A stretch of 29,126 nucleotides of DNA from Candidatus Coprovivens sp. (lineage in GTDB: Bacteria; Bacillota_I; Bacilli_A; RF39; UBA660): positions 1-29,126 of the forward strand of contig JBJFGS010000047.1 in assembly GCA_051892935.1 (NCBI GenBank), read 5' to 3'. Below are positions 9,561-18,271 of this stretch, in pieces. The position numbers were made by a program, and so were the translations under genes. Position 1 is the first letter of the stretch, and each line of letters opens with the position of its first letter. Under the pieces are notes generated by a model. The model was given only the letters and a program-made list of their open reading frames with translations, was not told the origin of the DNA and made no database searches.

Positions 9561-10976
9561 ATGAGAAATAAAATAGTATATAAATATCTAGGTAAAGTAC
9601 TAATAGGATTTTCTATTTTACTACTTTTTCCTTTAATAGTATCTTTAATATATCATGAATCCATCAATCCTTTTATAATACCAGCTATTATTAGTATAAC
9701 ATTTGGAATCATCCTAAATAATATAAAAGTAAAAAACAAAAATATCTATGCCAAAGATGGTTTCGTAATAGTAACAATGGCTTGGTTATTAATAAGTTTG
9801 ATTGGAGCTATACCATTTATAATAGGAGACAATCTTCACTTCGTTGATGCTTTCTTTGAAACAGTATCTGGATTTACTACAACCGGAGCAACAATTTATA
9901 GTGATGTCGAACATCTATCCCATGGCTTATTATTTTGGCGAAGCTTTACCCATTTTATTGGTGGAATGGGCGTTCTTGCTTTCATAATGGCAATCGTCCC
10001 TTTATCTCAAAATGATAAATCAATGCATGTCTTAAAAGCGGAAATGCCAGGACCAAGTGTTGCTAAATTAGTACCAAGTATAAAAAAAACTTTATTCTAT
10101 TTATATGGTATTTATATAGGAATAACTTTTCTTGAATTTATTTTATTAGTTATAGGCGGTATGAAAATATTTGATAGTCTCCTAATAGCTTTTGCAACAG
10201 CTGGTACAGGAGGTTTCTCAATCTTAAATAGTAGCTTAGCTACATACTCAGTATATGCCAAATGGATTGTAACTATATTTATGTTCTTATTCGGAGTAAA
10301 CTTCAATATTTATTTTTTAATTATTATGAAAGACATAAAAAATGCTTTAAAAAGTGAAGAACTAAAAATATACTTTTTAATATATATAGGATCTACAATA
10401 TTTATAGTATTAAATACATTATCTATGTTTAATAATATAAGCGATGCTATCCTAGAAGGAGCTTTCCATGTATCATCAATTATAACAAGTACTGGTTTTA
10501 GTATTGGAAATATAAATATATACCCAACATCCTGTAGAATACTAATGTTACTTTTAATGCTTATAAGTGCTTGTGCAGGAAGTACTTGCGGTGGTTTTAA
10601 AATATCACGTCTTATTATATGTATTAAAGCCATTAAAAGAGATATTCTTAAAACATTTCATCCAAATAGTGTAAGAACAATAACATTTGAAGGAAAGAAA
10701 GTTGATGAAGAAACCGTAAAAAATACTAAATCATTTCTCTTACTATATATAGGTATAATAGTATTTTCAATGTTCTTAATAAGTTTTGATGGATTTAACC
10801 TTGATCAAACTATCAATGCTGTATTCTCGACATTTGCTAACGTAGGTCTATGTTTTGATATTTCAAATTTCTCTATATTTAGTAACTTTTCTAAAATAAT
10901 ACTAAGTATCGGAATGTTATTTGGTCGATTAGAAATATTTCCTATAATTGTTTGGGCTAGTAGTTTTAAAAGATAA
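9561..10976 (+). CDS. trkH: Trk potassium uptake membrane subunit TrkH
   Basis: FFETVSGFTTTGAT, WRSFTHFIGGMG, TAGTGGFS, TSTGFS, GSTCGGFKISR, ANVG and GRLEIFP motifs. Confidence 0.96.
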   Translation: MRNKIVYKYLGKVLIGFSILLLFPLIVSLIYHESINPFIIPAIISITFGIILNNIKVKNKNIYAKDGFVIVTMAWLLISLIGAIPFIIGDNLHFVDAFFETVSGFTTTGATIYSDVEHLSHGLLFWRSFTHFIGGMGVLAFIMAIVPLSQNDKSMHVLKAEMPGPSVAKLVPSIKKTLFYLYGIYIGITFLEFILLVIGGMKIFDSLLIAFATAGTGGFSILNSSLATYSVYAKWIVTIFMFLFGVNFNIYFLIIMKDIKNALKSEELKIYFLIYIGSTIFIVLNTLSMFNNISDAILEGAFHVSSIITSTGFSIGNINIYPTSCRILMLLLMLISACAGSTCGGFKISRLIICIKAIKRDILKTFHPNSVRTITFEGKKVDEETVKNTKSFLLLYIGIIVFSMFLISFDGFNLDQTINAVFSTFANVGLCFDISNFSIFSNFSKIILSIGMLFGRLEIFPIIVWASSFKR

Positions 10977-11007
10977 AAGAGTTCTATAAACAAAAGAACT
11001 CTTTTAT
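10973..11007 (+). terminator. Intrinsic terminator after trkH
   Basis: ATAAAAGAGTTCT-9 nt-AGAACTCTTTTAT, a 13-bp stem that includes the stop codon. Confidence 0.8.
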
Positions 11008-11087
11008 TATTTTTAATAATTGCTTTATTTACAAGAAAATAATAACTATGCTATCATATACTTGTTGTATAGGAATTAGAAAGAAGA

Positions 11088-13649
11088 ATGCTCATGTTAG
11101 AACTAAAACAAATAACCAAAACATACGAAGTGGCTGATACTAAACAAAAAGCCCTTAATAAAATAAATATCAAATTCCGCCAAAATGAATTCGTCTCAAT
11201 TTTAGGCCAAAGTGGTAGTGGAAAAACTACTATGTTAAATATTATAGGTGGACTAGATAAGTACACCAGTGGAGACTTAATAATAAATGGTGTTTCCACT
11301 AAAAATTATACAGATCGTGACTGGGATACATATCGTAACCATCGTGTAGGATTTGTCTTCCAAAGCTATAATCTTATACCACACCAAACAGCTTTAGAAA
11401 ATGTCGAATTAGCTCTTACATTATCAGGAATAGGTAAAGAAGAAAGAAGAAAAAGAGCCATCGCCGTTTTAAAAAAAGTTGGACTAGGTAATCAAATAAA
11501 CAAAAAACCAAATCAAATGTCAGGTGGCCAAATGCAAAGGGTAGCCATTGCCAGAGCTTTAATAAATGAACCAGATATACTATTAGCAGACGAACCAACT
11601 GGTGCTCTAGACTCTGAAACAAGTTTACAAGTTCTAGATTTATTAAAAGAGATAGCTAAAGATAAACTAGTTATTATGGTAACTCACAATCCAGAACTAG
11701 CAATCAATTATTCAACCAGAATAGTTAAATTACTAGATGGCGAAATAACTGATGATACTAACCCTTTTGATGGTATCGAAGAAGAAAAAAACGAAAACAA
11801 AAATAAAAAATCTAAAAAGACTTCAATGAGCTTTAAAACAGCTTTTAATTTAAGTCTAAACAATTTAATGACTAAAAAAGGCCGTACAATTCTAGCAGCA
11901 TTTGCCGGCTCAATTGGAATAATTGGAATAGCATTAATCTTATCATTATCAAATGGTATAAACGAATACATAAAGAAAACAGAAGAAGAAACATTAAGTT
12001 CATATCCACTTGCAATTGAAAAAGAATCAGTCGATATGTCCTCTATGATGGAAAACCTATCCGGTAAAGAACAAGAAAAAGAATATAATGATAGTAAGAT
12101 TCATTCTAAAAACATAATGGGTGATTTATTTACTTCAATGACATCAGAAGTCCAATATAACGATTTAAAATCATTCAAAGAATACATTGATAGTGACAAA
12201 ACAAACATTAAAGAATACGTTACAGATATTCAGTACGATTACAATGTAACCATGAATCTTTATAAATCTGATACTGAAAAAATAGTAAGAGTAAATCCTA
12301 CAACAATCTTTGATGCCATAGGTATTGGAACATCAGGTATTTCAAATGCTTATGCAAGTTATATGTCTAACTATGATGTATTTTATGAAATGTTAGATAA
12401 TGAAGAGCTAAATAAACAACAATATGATTTAATAGATGGCCATTGGCCAGAAAACTATAACGAAATGGTTTTAATAGTTGATAAAAATAATCAAATATCA
12501 GATTATACATTATATAGTTTAGGTATCCTAGATCAAGAATATCTAAAAGAACAATTTATTAATATGACATCTGGTAAAGAAGTTAAATTTGAAGAACATT
12601 CATATGAAACAGAAGATTTGTTAGGACTATCTTTCAAATTAGTTTTAAATACTGATTACTATGAAAAAGAAAAAGGTATTTGGATAAATAAATCTCAAGA
12701 TACTGAGTATATGAAAAAAATTATTGCAAACGCTGAGGAAATTAAAATAGTTGGTATTATTAAACCAAACGAAGAAGCTATAGGTGGTGGAACATCAAGC
12801 GGTTTAGTAGGATATACTCATGAACTAAAAGAACACTTAGTAGACAAAATAAATGAATCAAAAATCGTAAAAGAACAATTAGAACAACCAGAAATCAACA
12901 TCTTTACCGGATTAAAATTCCAAGAGAACACTCAATTTGATATCAGTTCATTAACAAAAGAACAGCAAAAACAACTAGCTTCAATGTCAGATGCCGAAAA
13001 ATATTCTTATATTCAAAGCTTAACAGACAACTATATATCTACTTACGAAGAAAATTTAAAACAACTTGGAGTAGCTGATTTAAATGACCCAGATATAATA
13101 TATATTTATCCAAAAGACTTTGATTCTAAAGAAGAAATAGTAAAAATAATAGATGAATATAACAAAGATAAATCTGAAAATGAAAAAATAACATATACCG
13201 ATATAGTAGGAGTGATGATGTCTTCTGTTTCGACAATAGTCAATGTAATTAGTAGTGTTTTAATAGCATTCGTAGCCATAAGTTTAGTCGTATCATCAAT
13301 AATGATCGCAATAATTACCTATATATCAGTAATCGAAAGAACAAAAGAAATAGGAATCCTTCGTGCCATAGGAGCATCTAAAAAAGATATATCTCGTGTC
13401 TTTAATGCTGAAACTCTCATTGAAGGAGCAACAGCAGGCATAATGGGTATTCTAGTAACAATTTTACTAAATATCCCTATAAATATAATAATTAAAAAAT
13501 TACTTAATATTAGTAATATATCCATCTTACCAGTTAAAGGAGCTATAATATTAATAATAATTAGTATTCTATTAACAGTAATAGCTGGATTCATTCCTGC
13601 TAAGATAGCATCTAAAAAAGACCCAGTAGAAGCTCTTCGTACAGAATAA
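11088..13649 (+). CDS. Fused ABC transporter ATP-binding/permease protein (MacB/FtsX family)
   Basis: Walker A GQSGSGKT, signature MSGGQMQR, Walker B ILLADEPT, H-loop VTHN; TM1, a large extracytoplasmic domain, then three TMs with ERTKEIGILRAIGA and a KDPVEALR end. The start may be 11094. Confidence 0.95.
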   Translation: MLMLELKQITKTYEVADTKQKALNKINIKFRQNEFVSILGQSGSGKTTMLNIIGGLDKYTSGDLIINGVSTKNYTDRDWDTYRNHRVGFVFQSYNLIPHQTALENVELALTLSGIGKEERRKRAIAVLKKVGLGNQINKKPNQMSGGQMQRVAIARALINEPDILLADEPTGALDSETSLQVLDLLKEIAKDKLVIMVTHNPELAINYSTRIVKLLDGEITDDTNPFDGIEEEKNENKNKKSKKTSMSFKTAFNLSLNNLMTKKGRTILAAFAGSIGIIGIALILSLSNGINEYIKKTEEETLSSYPLAIEKESVDMSSMMENLSGKEQEKEYNDSKIHSKNIMGDLFTSMTSEVQYNDLKSFKEYIDSDKTNIKEYVTDIQYDYNVTMNLYKSDTEKIVRVNPTTIFDAIGIGTSGISNAYASYMSNYDVFYEMLDNEELNKQQYDLIDGHWPENYNEMVLIVDKNNQISDYTLYSLGILDQEYLKEQFINMTSGKEVKFEEHSYETEDLLGLSFKLVLNTDYYEKEKGIWINKSQDTEYMKKIIANAEEIKIVGIIKPNEEAIGGGTSSGLVGYTHELKEHLVDKINESKIVKEQLEQPEINIFTGLKFQENTQFDISSLTKEQQKQLASMSDAEKYSYIQSLTDNYISTYEENLKQLGVADLNDPDIIYIYPKDFDSKEEIVKIIDEYNKDKSENEKITYTDIVGVMMSSVSTIVNVISSVLIAFVAISLVVSSIMIAIITYISVIERTKEIGILRAIGASKKDISRVFNAETLIEGATAGIMGILVTILLNIPINIIIKKLLNISNISILPVKGAIILIIISILLTVIAGFIPAKIASKKDPVEALRTE

Positions 13650-13674
13650 AGTATATCAATAGATATACTTTTTT
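13648..13674 (+). terminator. Intrinsic terminator after the ABC transporter
   Basis: AAAGTATATC-aata-GATATACTTT plus T-tract. Confidence 0.8.
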
Positions 13675-13713
13675 GTATAAATAAACTTTACATTCCTAAA
13701 ATAAAAATATAGA

Positions 13714-13742
13714 TTGCTATTAATTTATAAAAATTATATAAT
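13714..13742 (+). promoter_or_regulatory. Putative sigma-A promoter
   Basis: TTGCTA-17 nt-TATAAT upstream of RBS AAGGTAGTGA and ATG 13768. Confidence 0.6.
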
Positions 13743-13767
13743 AAAAATAGAATAAGGTAGTGATTCT

Positions 13768-14382
13768 ATGCAAAGAAAGATTATATACATTATTGTTTTT
13801 ATAGTAACCATCGCATTAGTTATAGTTGATAGTTACATAGATTTTAATAGTAAAAAAAACAATAATGCTACAGTATTACAAGAAGAACTTGATGATACAT
13901 ATAAAAGTGCCGACATAAAATCGAACTTAGTAATTAAAAATCTTCAAAATGATGACCAAGAATTAGTATATACCTATTTACTTAAAATCGATAATGTAGT
14001 AGGAGCTCAATTAACTATATATAAAGGAATAGAATCATATATAATATTTGCTGCTAATGGCGAAGTAGAAATAACCATAGATAGTAATGAAACTCTAACA
14101 GTAGTTGATTTACCTCAAGGATCAAACTATAGTATAGAACAAATAACAGATGTTTCAGATAAATATAACACAACAATCAATAAAGAAGAAAAAACTAAAT
14201 ATGAAGGAACATTAGAAGAAGAAAATATTGTTGAATTCAATAATGAAACTTTGAAAAATGAAAAACCAATTAAGAAAAATCCTACAACTAGTGATAAAAA
14301 TAGTTCTATGATAATAGTACTAATATATTCAGCAATACTAATTACAATAGCTTTAAAATTAAAAGTAAAAAAATTTGAGTAA
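13768..14382 (+). CDS. Surface protein with one CnaB/pilin-like Ig domain and a C-terminal cell-wall sorting-like signal
   Basis: N-terminal hydrophobic segment; LVIK...TLTVVDLPQGSNYSIEQ...Y.T...EGTL....VEFNN pattern; C-terminal KNPTTSD, hydrophobic stretch and basic tail KLKVKK. Confidence 0.65.
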   Translation: MQRKIIYIIVFIVTIALVIVDSYIDFNSKKNNNATVLQEELDDTYKSADIKSNLVIKNLQNDDQELVYTYLLKIDNVVGAQLTIYKGIESYIIFAANGEVEITIDSNETLTVVDLPQGSNYSIEQITDVSDKYNTTINKEEKTKYEGTLEEENIVEFNNETLKNEKPIKKNPTTSDKNSSMIIVLIYSAILITIALKLKVKKFE

Positions 14383-14394
14383 TCAAATTTTTTT
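14367..14394 (+). terminator. AT-rich terminator-like hairpin with the stop codon in its loop
   Basis: AAAAAAATTTGA-gtaa-TCAAATTTTTTT. Confidence 0.55.
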
Positions 14395-14458
14395 GGTTTT
14401 AATTTCCTTTGTAAAAAAATAATTTTCTAGTATAATAAATAACCAAAGGAAGATAACT

Positions 14459-14965
14459 ATGAAAAAACAACTTCATATATTAAAAGGGCTATTTATACTA
14501 ACAACAATTATTATTGCAAGTTTACTACTTATAAAGTTTATTTATCAAATAAATAATGAAAAACTAGATACCAAATATTTATGGGATATTTCTTTTACTA
14601 ACCTTAAAGTAAAAGAAGGAAGTACTACAAAAGGCAAAACTTCTATCGATAAAAATAATCTTACTATAGAAGCAGAACTATCCAATGAATTAGAATACTA
14701 TGAAATAACTATAGATATCGAAAATAAAGGTACATTAAAAGCCCAATTAGATGATATAGAACTAAGTATTGATAATGAACAAAATATTTTAAAACATCAA
14801 ATTACATATGTCGATGATACCCCTATAAAAAAAGGAGATTATATCGAACCTAAAAGTAATAAAACAATAAAAATAAGAGTAGAATATCCTCATCCGCAAG
14901 AAAAAATATACGAATCTTTAAAGATAAAAATAAATTTAAATATGAAATATATAGCATTTTATTAA
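14459..14965 (+). CDS. TasA/CalY (camelysin)-like exported beta-sandwich protein
   Basis: N-terminal TM; WDISFTNL; LEYYEITIDIENKGTLKAQL corresponds to the PGD..f.i.NxGtl.a motif of TasA-like proteins; GDYIEPKSNKTIKIRVEY. Adjacent to a SipW-type peptidase. Own promoter TTGTAA-16-TATAAT (14409-14436). Confidence 0.6.
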   Translation: MKKQLHILKGLFILTTIIIASLLLIKFIYQINNEKLDTKYLWDISFTNLKVKEGSTTKGKTSIDKNNLTIEAELSNELEYYEITIDIENKGTLKAQLDDIELSIDNEQNILKHQITYVDDTPIKKGDYIEPKSNKTIKIRVEYPHPQEKIYESLKIKINLNMKYIAFY

Positions 14966-14967
14966 TA

Positions 14968-14996
14968 TTGTAAATAAAACCTTTTTATTATATAAT
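14968..14996 (+). promoter_or_regulatory. Putative sigma-A promoter for the signal peptidase/DUF5305-like pair
   Basis: TTGTAA-17 nt-TATAAT. Confidence 0.55.
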
Positions 14997-15011
14997 CAAT
15001 AATAGAAAGAT

Positions 15012-16166
15012 ATGGTAAAAGATATGAAAAATGATATTAGTAAAAGTATAAAGAATACCATGATTATTATAGATATCATACTATTTATATATATTATAAG
15101 TATGTTCATATTAAAAGATAAAATAAATACATTAATTAATCCAATTAATGTAGCTTTTTTCATGCTTTTAACTTTTATAAGTTATCATTTCTTAGGTTAT
15201 AAAAAAAGCAAAAAAAGTAAACTAAAGTCTCAAATAAATAACATTTTTATCATTGTATCTATAATGTATCTTGTAAGCATCTACTTAATAGGAAATGCAA
15301 CAGGATTCATAAAAAATTCTTTTACAATATCAAATACAATTTATCTTATTTTATATATAATAATAAGCGAAATATTTCGTTATATATTTATCATAAAATG
15401 TAACAAAAATACTAATCAACAATATATTATTACTTTCTTATTAATTCTTTTCGATATTTTAGTAACATCGACATTTACCCCAACAAATATGCTAAATATT
15501 ATTGATTTAATAACAATATCATTTTATTCAATAATAAAAAACAGCTTATTAAGTTATACATCATATCGTTACGGATATAAAACTTGCTACTTATATGCTT
15601 TAATATGTACACTAATGCCTATAATAGCACCTATCTACCCAAATTTAGGAAACTATATGAGTATAATATTCATGTTGACTTACTCAGCAATTATCTTTTA
15701 TAACATTTCAAAACCAACTCGAAAAGAAGAAGAAGAGTCAGCAAATACATACAAAAAAAATATTTTCTTCTATTTAGAAAGAATTTTATTAGTCTTTGTT
15801 ATAGTAACGATATTCCTCGTATCCGGAACATTTAAATATAGTATCTCAGCAATAGCATCAGATTCAATGTATCCAGCATTAAAAAAAGGTGATGCCATTA
15901 TTCTTGAAAAAGTAGATGATAAAAATATCAATACTTTAAAAAAAGGAATGATTGTTGCTTTTGAACAAGATGGAAAAATAGTAACTCATCGTATTTTATC
16001 AATTGAATTACAAAATAATGAAGAATATATAATAACAAAAGGTGATAATAATAGTACAAAAGATGTACAAAAAAAGACAAAAGATGATATAATAGGTATA
16101 GTAAGATTAAGAATACCATATATAGGTTATCCTTCGGTAGAAATATCTGAAATAAAGAATAAATAA
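15012..16166 (+). CDS. Signal peptidase I, SipW/ER-type (S26B), with a large N-terminal multi-TM domain
   Basis: IASDSMYPALKKGD (catalytic Ser), VTHRI (His dyad of the SipW/Sec11 type), TKGDNN...D and IPYIGYP. About 260 aa of membrane domain precede it. The start may be the second Met (15024). Confidence 0.88.
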   Translation: MVKDMKNDISKSIKNTMIIIDIILFIYIISMFILKDKINTLINPINVAFFMLLTFISYHFLGYKKSKKSKLKSQINNIFIIVSIMYLVSIYLIGNATGFIKNSFTISNTIYLILYIIISEIFRYIFIIKCNKNTNQQYIITFLLILFDILVTSTFTPTNMLNIIDLITISFYSIIKNSLLSYTSYRYGYKTCYLYALICTLMPIIAPIYPNLGNYMSIIFMLTYSAIIFYNISKPTRKEEEESANTYKKNIFFYLERILLVFVIVTIFLVSGTFKYSISAIASDSMYPALKKGDAIILEKVDDKNINTLKKGMIVAFEQDGKIVTHRILSIELQNNEEYIITKGDNNSTKDVQKKTKDDIIGIVRLRIPYIGYPSVEISEIKNK

Positions 16167-16178
16167 GGAGTATGGAGT

Positions 16179-17123
16179 ATGAATAACAAAAAAACAATAA
16201 CAGTATGTTCTATTATTGCCCTAATAATCCTTGCAGTAGTAATAATAATTACTATAATGTCTGATTTAGCAGGATTTGGTATCATATTAGGAGCGCTATT
16301 TATTATTTTAATTGTGTGCTTAGGAATATATCTAAAAGAAGAACCTGATGAATATAGTGCCTTTATAAAAAATAAAAAAAGAATACTAAGAACTTATGAT
16401 TCAATTATCGTTGAAGTTGAAGACATTCCCAATATAGCTGGTAAAAACATTATAAAGGTTAAATCAATAGAAGACCTAGTAGATGCCCAACTAGAATTAA
16501 GAGAACCTATATATTATAAAAATGACAACGACTCATGTTTCTTTATGTTACTTCATTATAACGAGGCTTGTATTTATATTTTAAAGATGAATGATAGTGT
16601 AGTATCACCAACAGAACAATCTATAAGATATATGAAAGAAGATAAAGATACAAAAGACGAATCAGAAAACATCTTAAATAATGTTGAAAATACTATTATC
16701 TATAAACTTGATGAATTAAGAAGTTTTAAAATATCTCCTGTTAGAAATGAAGAAAAAATTGAAGTAGTAGATGATACAGCTATCAAACAAGAGATAGAAG
16801 AATCCAAAGAGCAAAAAATAACAAAAGAAGCTCTTGAAGATGAAATATCAAAAACAATGTATATTAACGATCTTAAAGAGAAGATAAAACAATTTGAAGC
16901 TGAAGAACTAGAAAAAGAAGCAACACTTCTTAATATAGATGAAGAAACAAATATTAAAGAAATTGAAATAGAAAAAATAAACGATAAAAAGACAACATCA
17001 AAAGAAGAAATAAAACAAAAATCAAAGAAAACAACAAAAAAAGCTCCAGCAAAGAAGAAAATTCAAAAAAAAGTAACACATCAAGAAAGAAGAACCATTA
17101 AACATAAAAAAGCTACAAAATAG
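16179..17123 (+). CDS. Membrane protein with a DUF5305-like cytoplasmic domain and acidic then Lys-rich tail
   Basis: Two N-terminal TMs; KRILRTYDSIIVEV...IIKVKSIEDLVDAQLELREPIYY...FFML pattern recalled for DUF5305 proteins; tail KKTTKKAPAKKKIQKK. Confidence 0.6.
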   Translation: MNNKKTITVCSIIALIILAVVIIITIMSDLAGFGIILGALFIILIVCLGIYLKEEPDEYSAFIKNKKRILRTYDSIIVEVEDIPNIAGKNIIKVKSIEDLVDAQLELREPIYYKNDNDSCFFMLLHYNEACIYILKMNDSVVSPTEQSIRYMKEDKDTKDESENILNNVENTIIYKLDELRSFKISPVRNEEKIEVVDDTAIKQEIEESKEQKITKEALEDEISKTMYINDLKEKIKQFEAEELEKEATLLNIDEETNIKEIEIEKINDKKTTSKEEIKQKSKKTTKKAPAKKKIQKKVTHQERRTIKHKKATK

Positions 17124-17145
17124 AATGAGAAATCATTCTGTTTTT
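17117..17145 (+). terminator. Intrinsic terminator overlapping the stop codon
   Basis: AGAATGA-gaaa-TCATTCT (GNRA loop) followed by GTTTTT. Confidence 0.75.
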
Positions 17146-17204
17146 CATAGCTAAAAAAAGAATAATATAGTATAATAAAAAAGAATAAAGGTGGTTGAAG
17201 TATT

Positions 17205-18191
17205 ATGGAACTATCAAAAGAACAAAAAGAATCAATTAGTAAAATATTTGATGTATTAGAACTTGGTACTATAATTAATTTATCTCCAATTGAAAGTAGT
17301 CAAAATATTGTTTATAAAGTAGATACACAAAATAGGTCATATATATTAAAAGAATATGCTAAAGACTCTATAAGAAATGAATCTGATTTGAAAAAAAGGA
17401 AAAGACAAATCAGCGTTAGTGAAAAATTTAAAGAAAATGGTGTTCCAGTAATACTACCATTAAAATTTAATTCCAAATATTTTATAACATACAAAAAAAG
17501 ATATTATTTAATATATGATTACTTAGATTATACAACAATAAAACCAAAAGACATCGACAACAAAAAAATAAAAAAATTAGCTAATATTCTTGCTATAATG
17601 CACAATCTAAATATAAAAAGTGAACTACCATGTCAATACGAATATATAGAAATTGATTTTAATAAGTATCTAAAAAAATTCAAAAAATTTGATCAAGAAT
17701 TATATAAATTACTATACGATAACTATTTTATTCTAGAAGGTTTAGCAACAAATTGTAACAATAACATTAGATATGTAAAAAACAATATGTGTGTTAGCCA
17801 TAATGATTATAAACTAGATAACATTCTTTGGGAAAAAGATTACATGTATTTAATAGATTTTGATGCGTGTGGCATGTCAAATCCAAGCGTATCATTAGCT
17901 GAAGCAGCTTTCACTTTATCTCAAAAAAACAACAAAATAGATAAAGACTTATACAGAGAATTTTTAAAAACATATCTAAAAAAATATGGGGCTTTACCAA
18001 ATAATTATAAAGATGCACTAGTGGTTGCTATGAATGGTAAATTACAATGGTTAAGTTACCTTATGAGTAAATGCTCTAAAAAAGATTTAAAAACTAATGA
18101 AGAAACAAAAGATATGATAAAAGAACTAATACTATATTCAAAAAATATAGAAGAACTTAATAATATATACTTATCAATTGTCAAAAAATAA
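17205..18191 (+). CDS. Aminoglycoside phosphotransferase / type II homoserine kinase family protein
   Basis: N.VYKV...YILKEY, Brenner motif SHNDYKLDNIL, metal-binding LIDFD. Confidence 0.88.
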   Translation: MELSKEQKESISKIFDVLELGTIINLSPIESSQNIVYKVDTQNRSYILKEYAKDSIRNESDLKKRKRQISVSEKFKENGVPVILPLKFNSKYFITYKKRYYLIYDYLDYTTIKPKDIDNKKIKKLANILAIMHNLNIKSELPCQYEYIEIDFNKYLKKFKKFDQELYKLLYDNYFILEGLATNCNNNIRYVKNNMCVSHNDYKLDNILWEKDYMYLIDFDACGMSNPSVSLAEAAFTLSQKNNKIDKDLYREFLKTYLKKYGALPNNYKDALVVAMNGKLQWLSYLMSKCSKKDLKTNEETKDMIKELILYSKNIEELNNIYLSIVKK

Positions 18192-18194
18192 AAT

Positions 18195-18237
18195 AAAAGA
18201 GTAAAGTCATTACTGATAGATTGATTTTACTCTTTTT
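18195..18237 (+). terminator. Intrinsic terminator
   Basis: AAAAGAGTAAAGTCA-12 nt-TGATTTTACTCTTTT (15 bp, one G-U pair). Confidence 0.75.
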
Positions 18238-18271
18238 AAAAGTTATACTATAAAAGAAATAAGGTGGAAGT

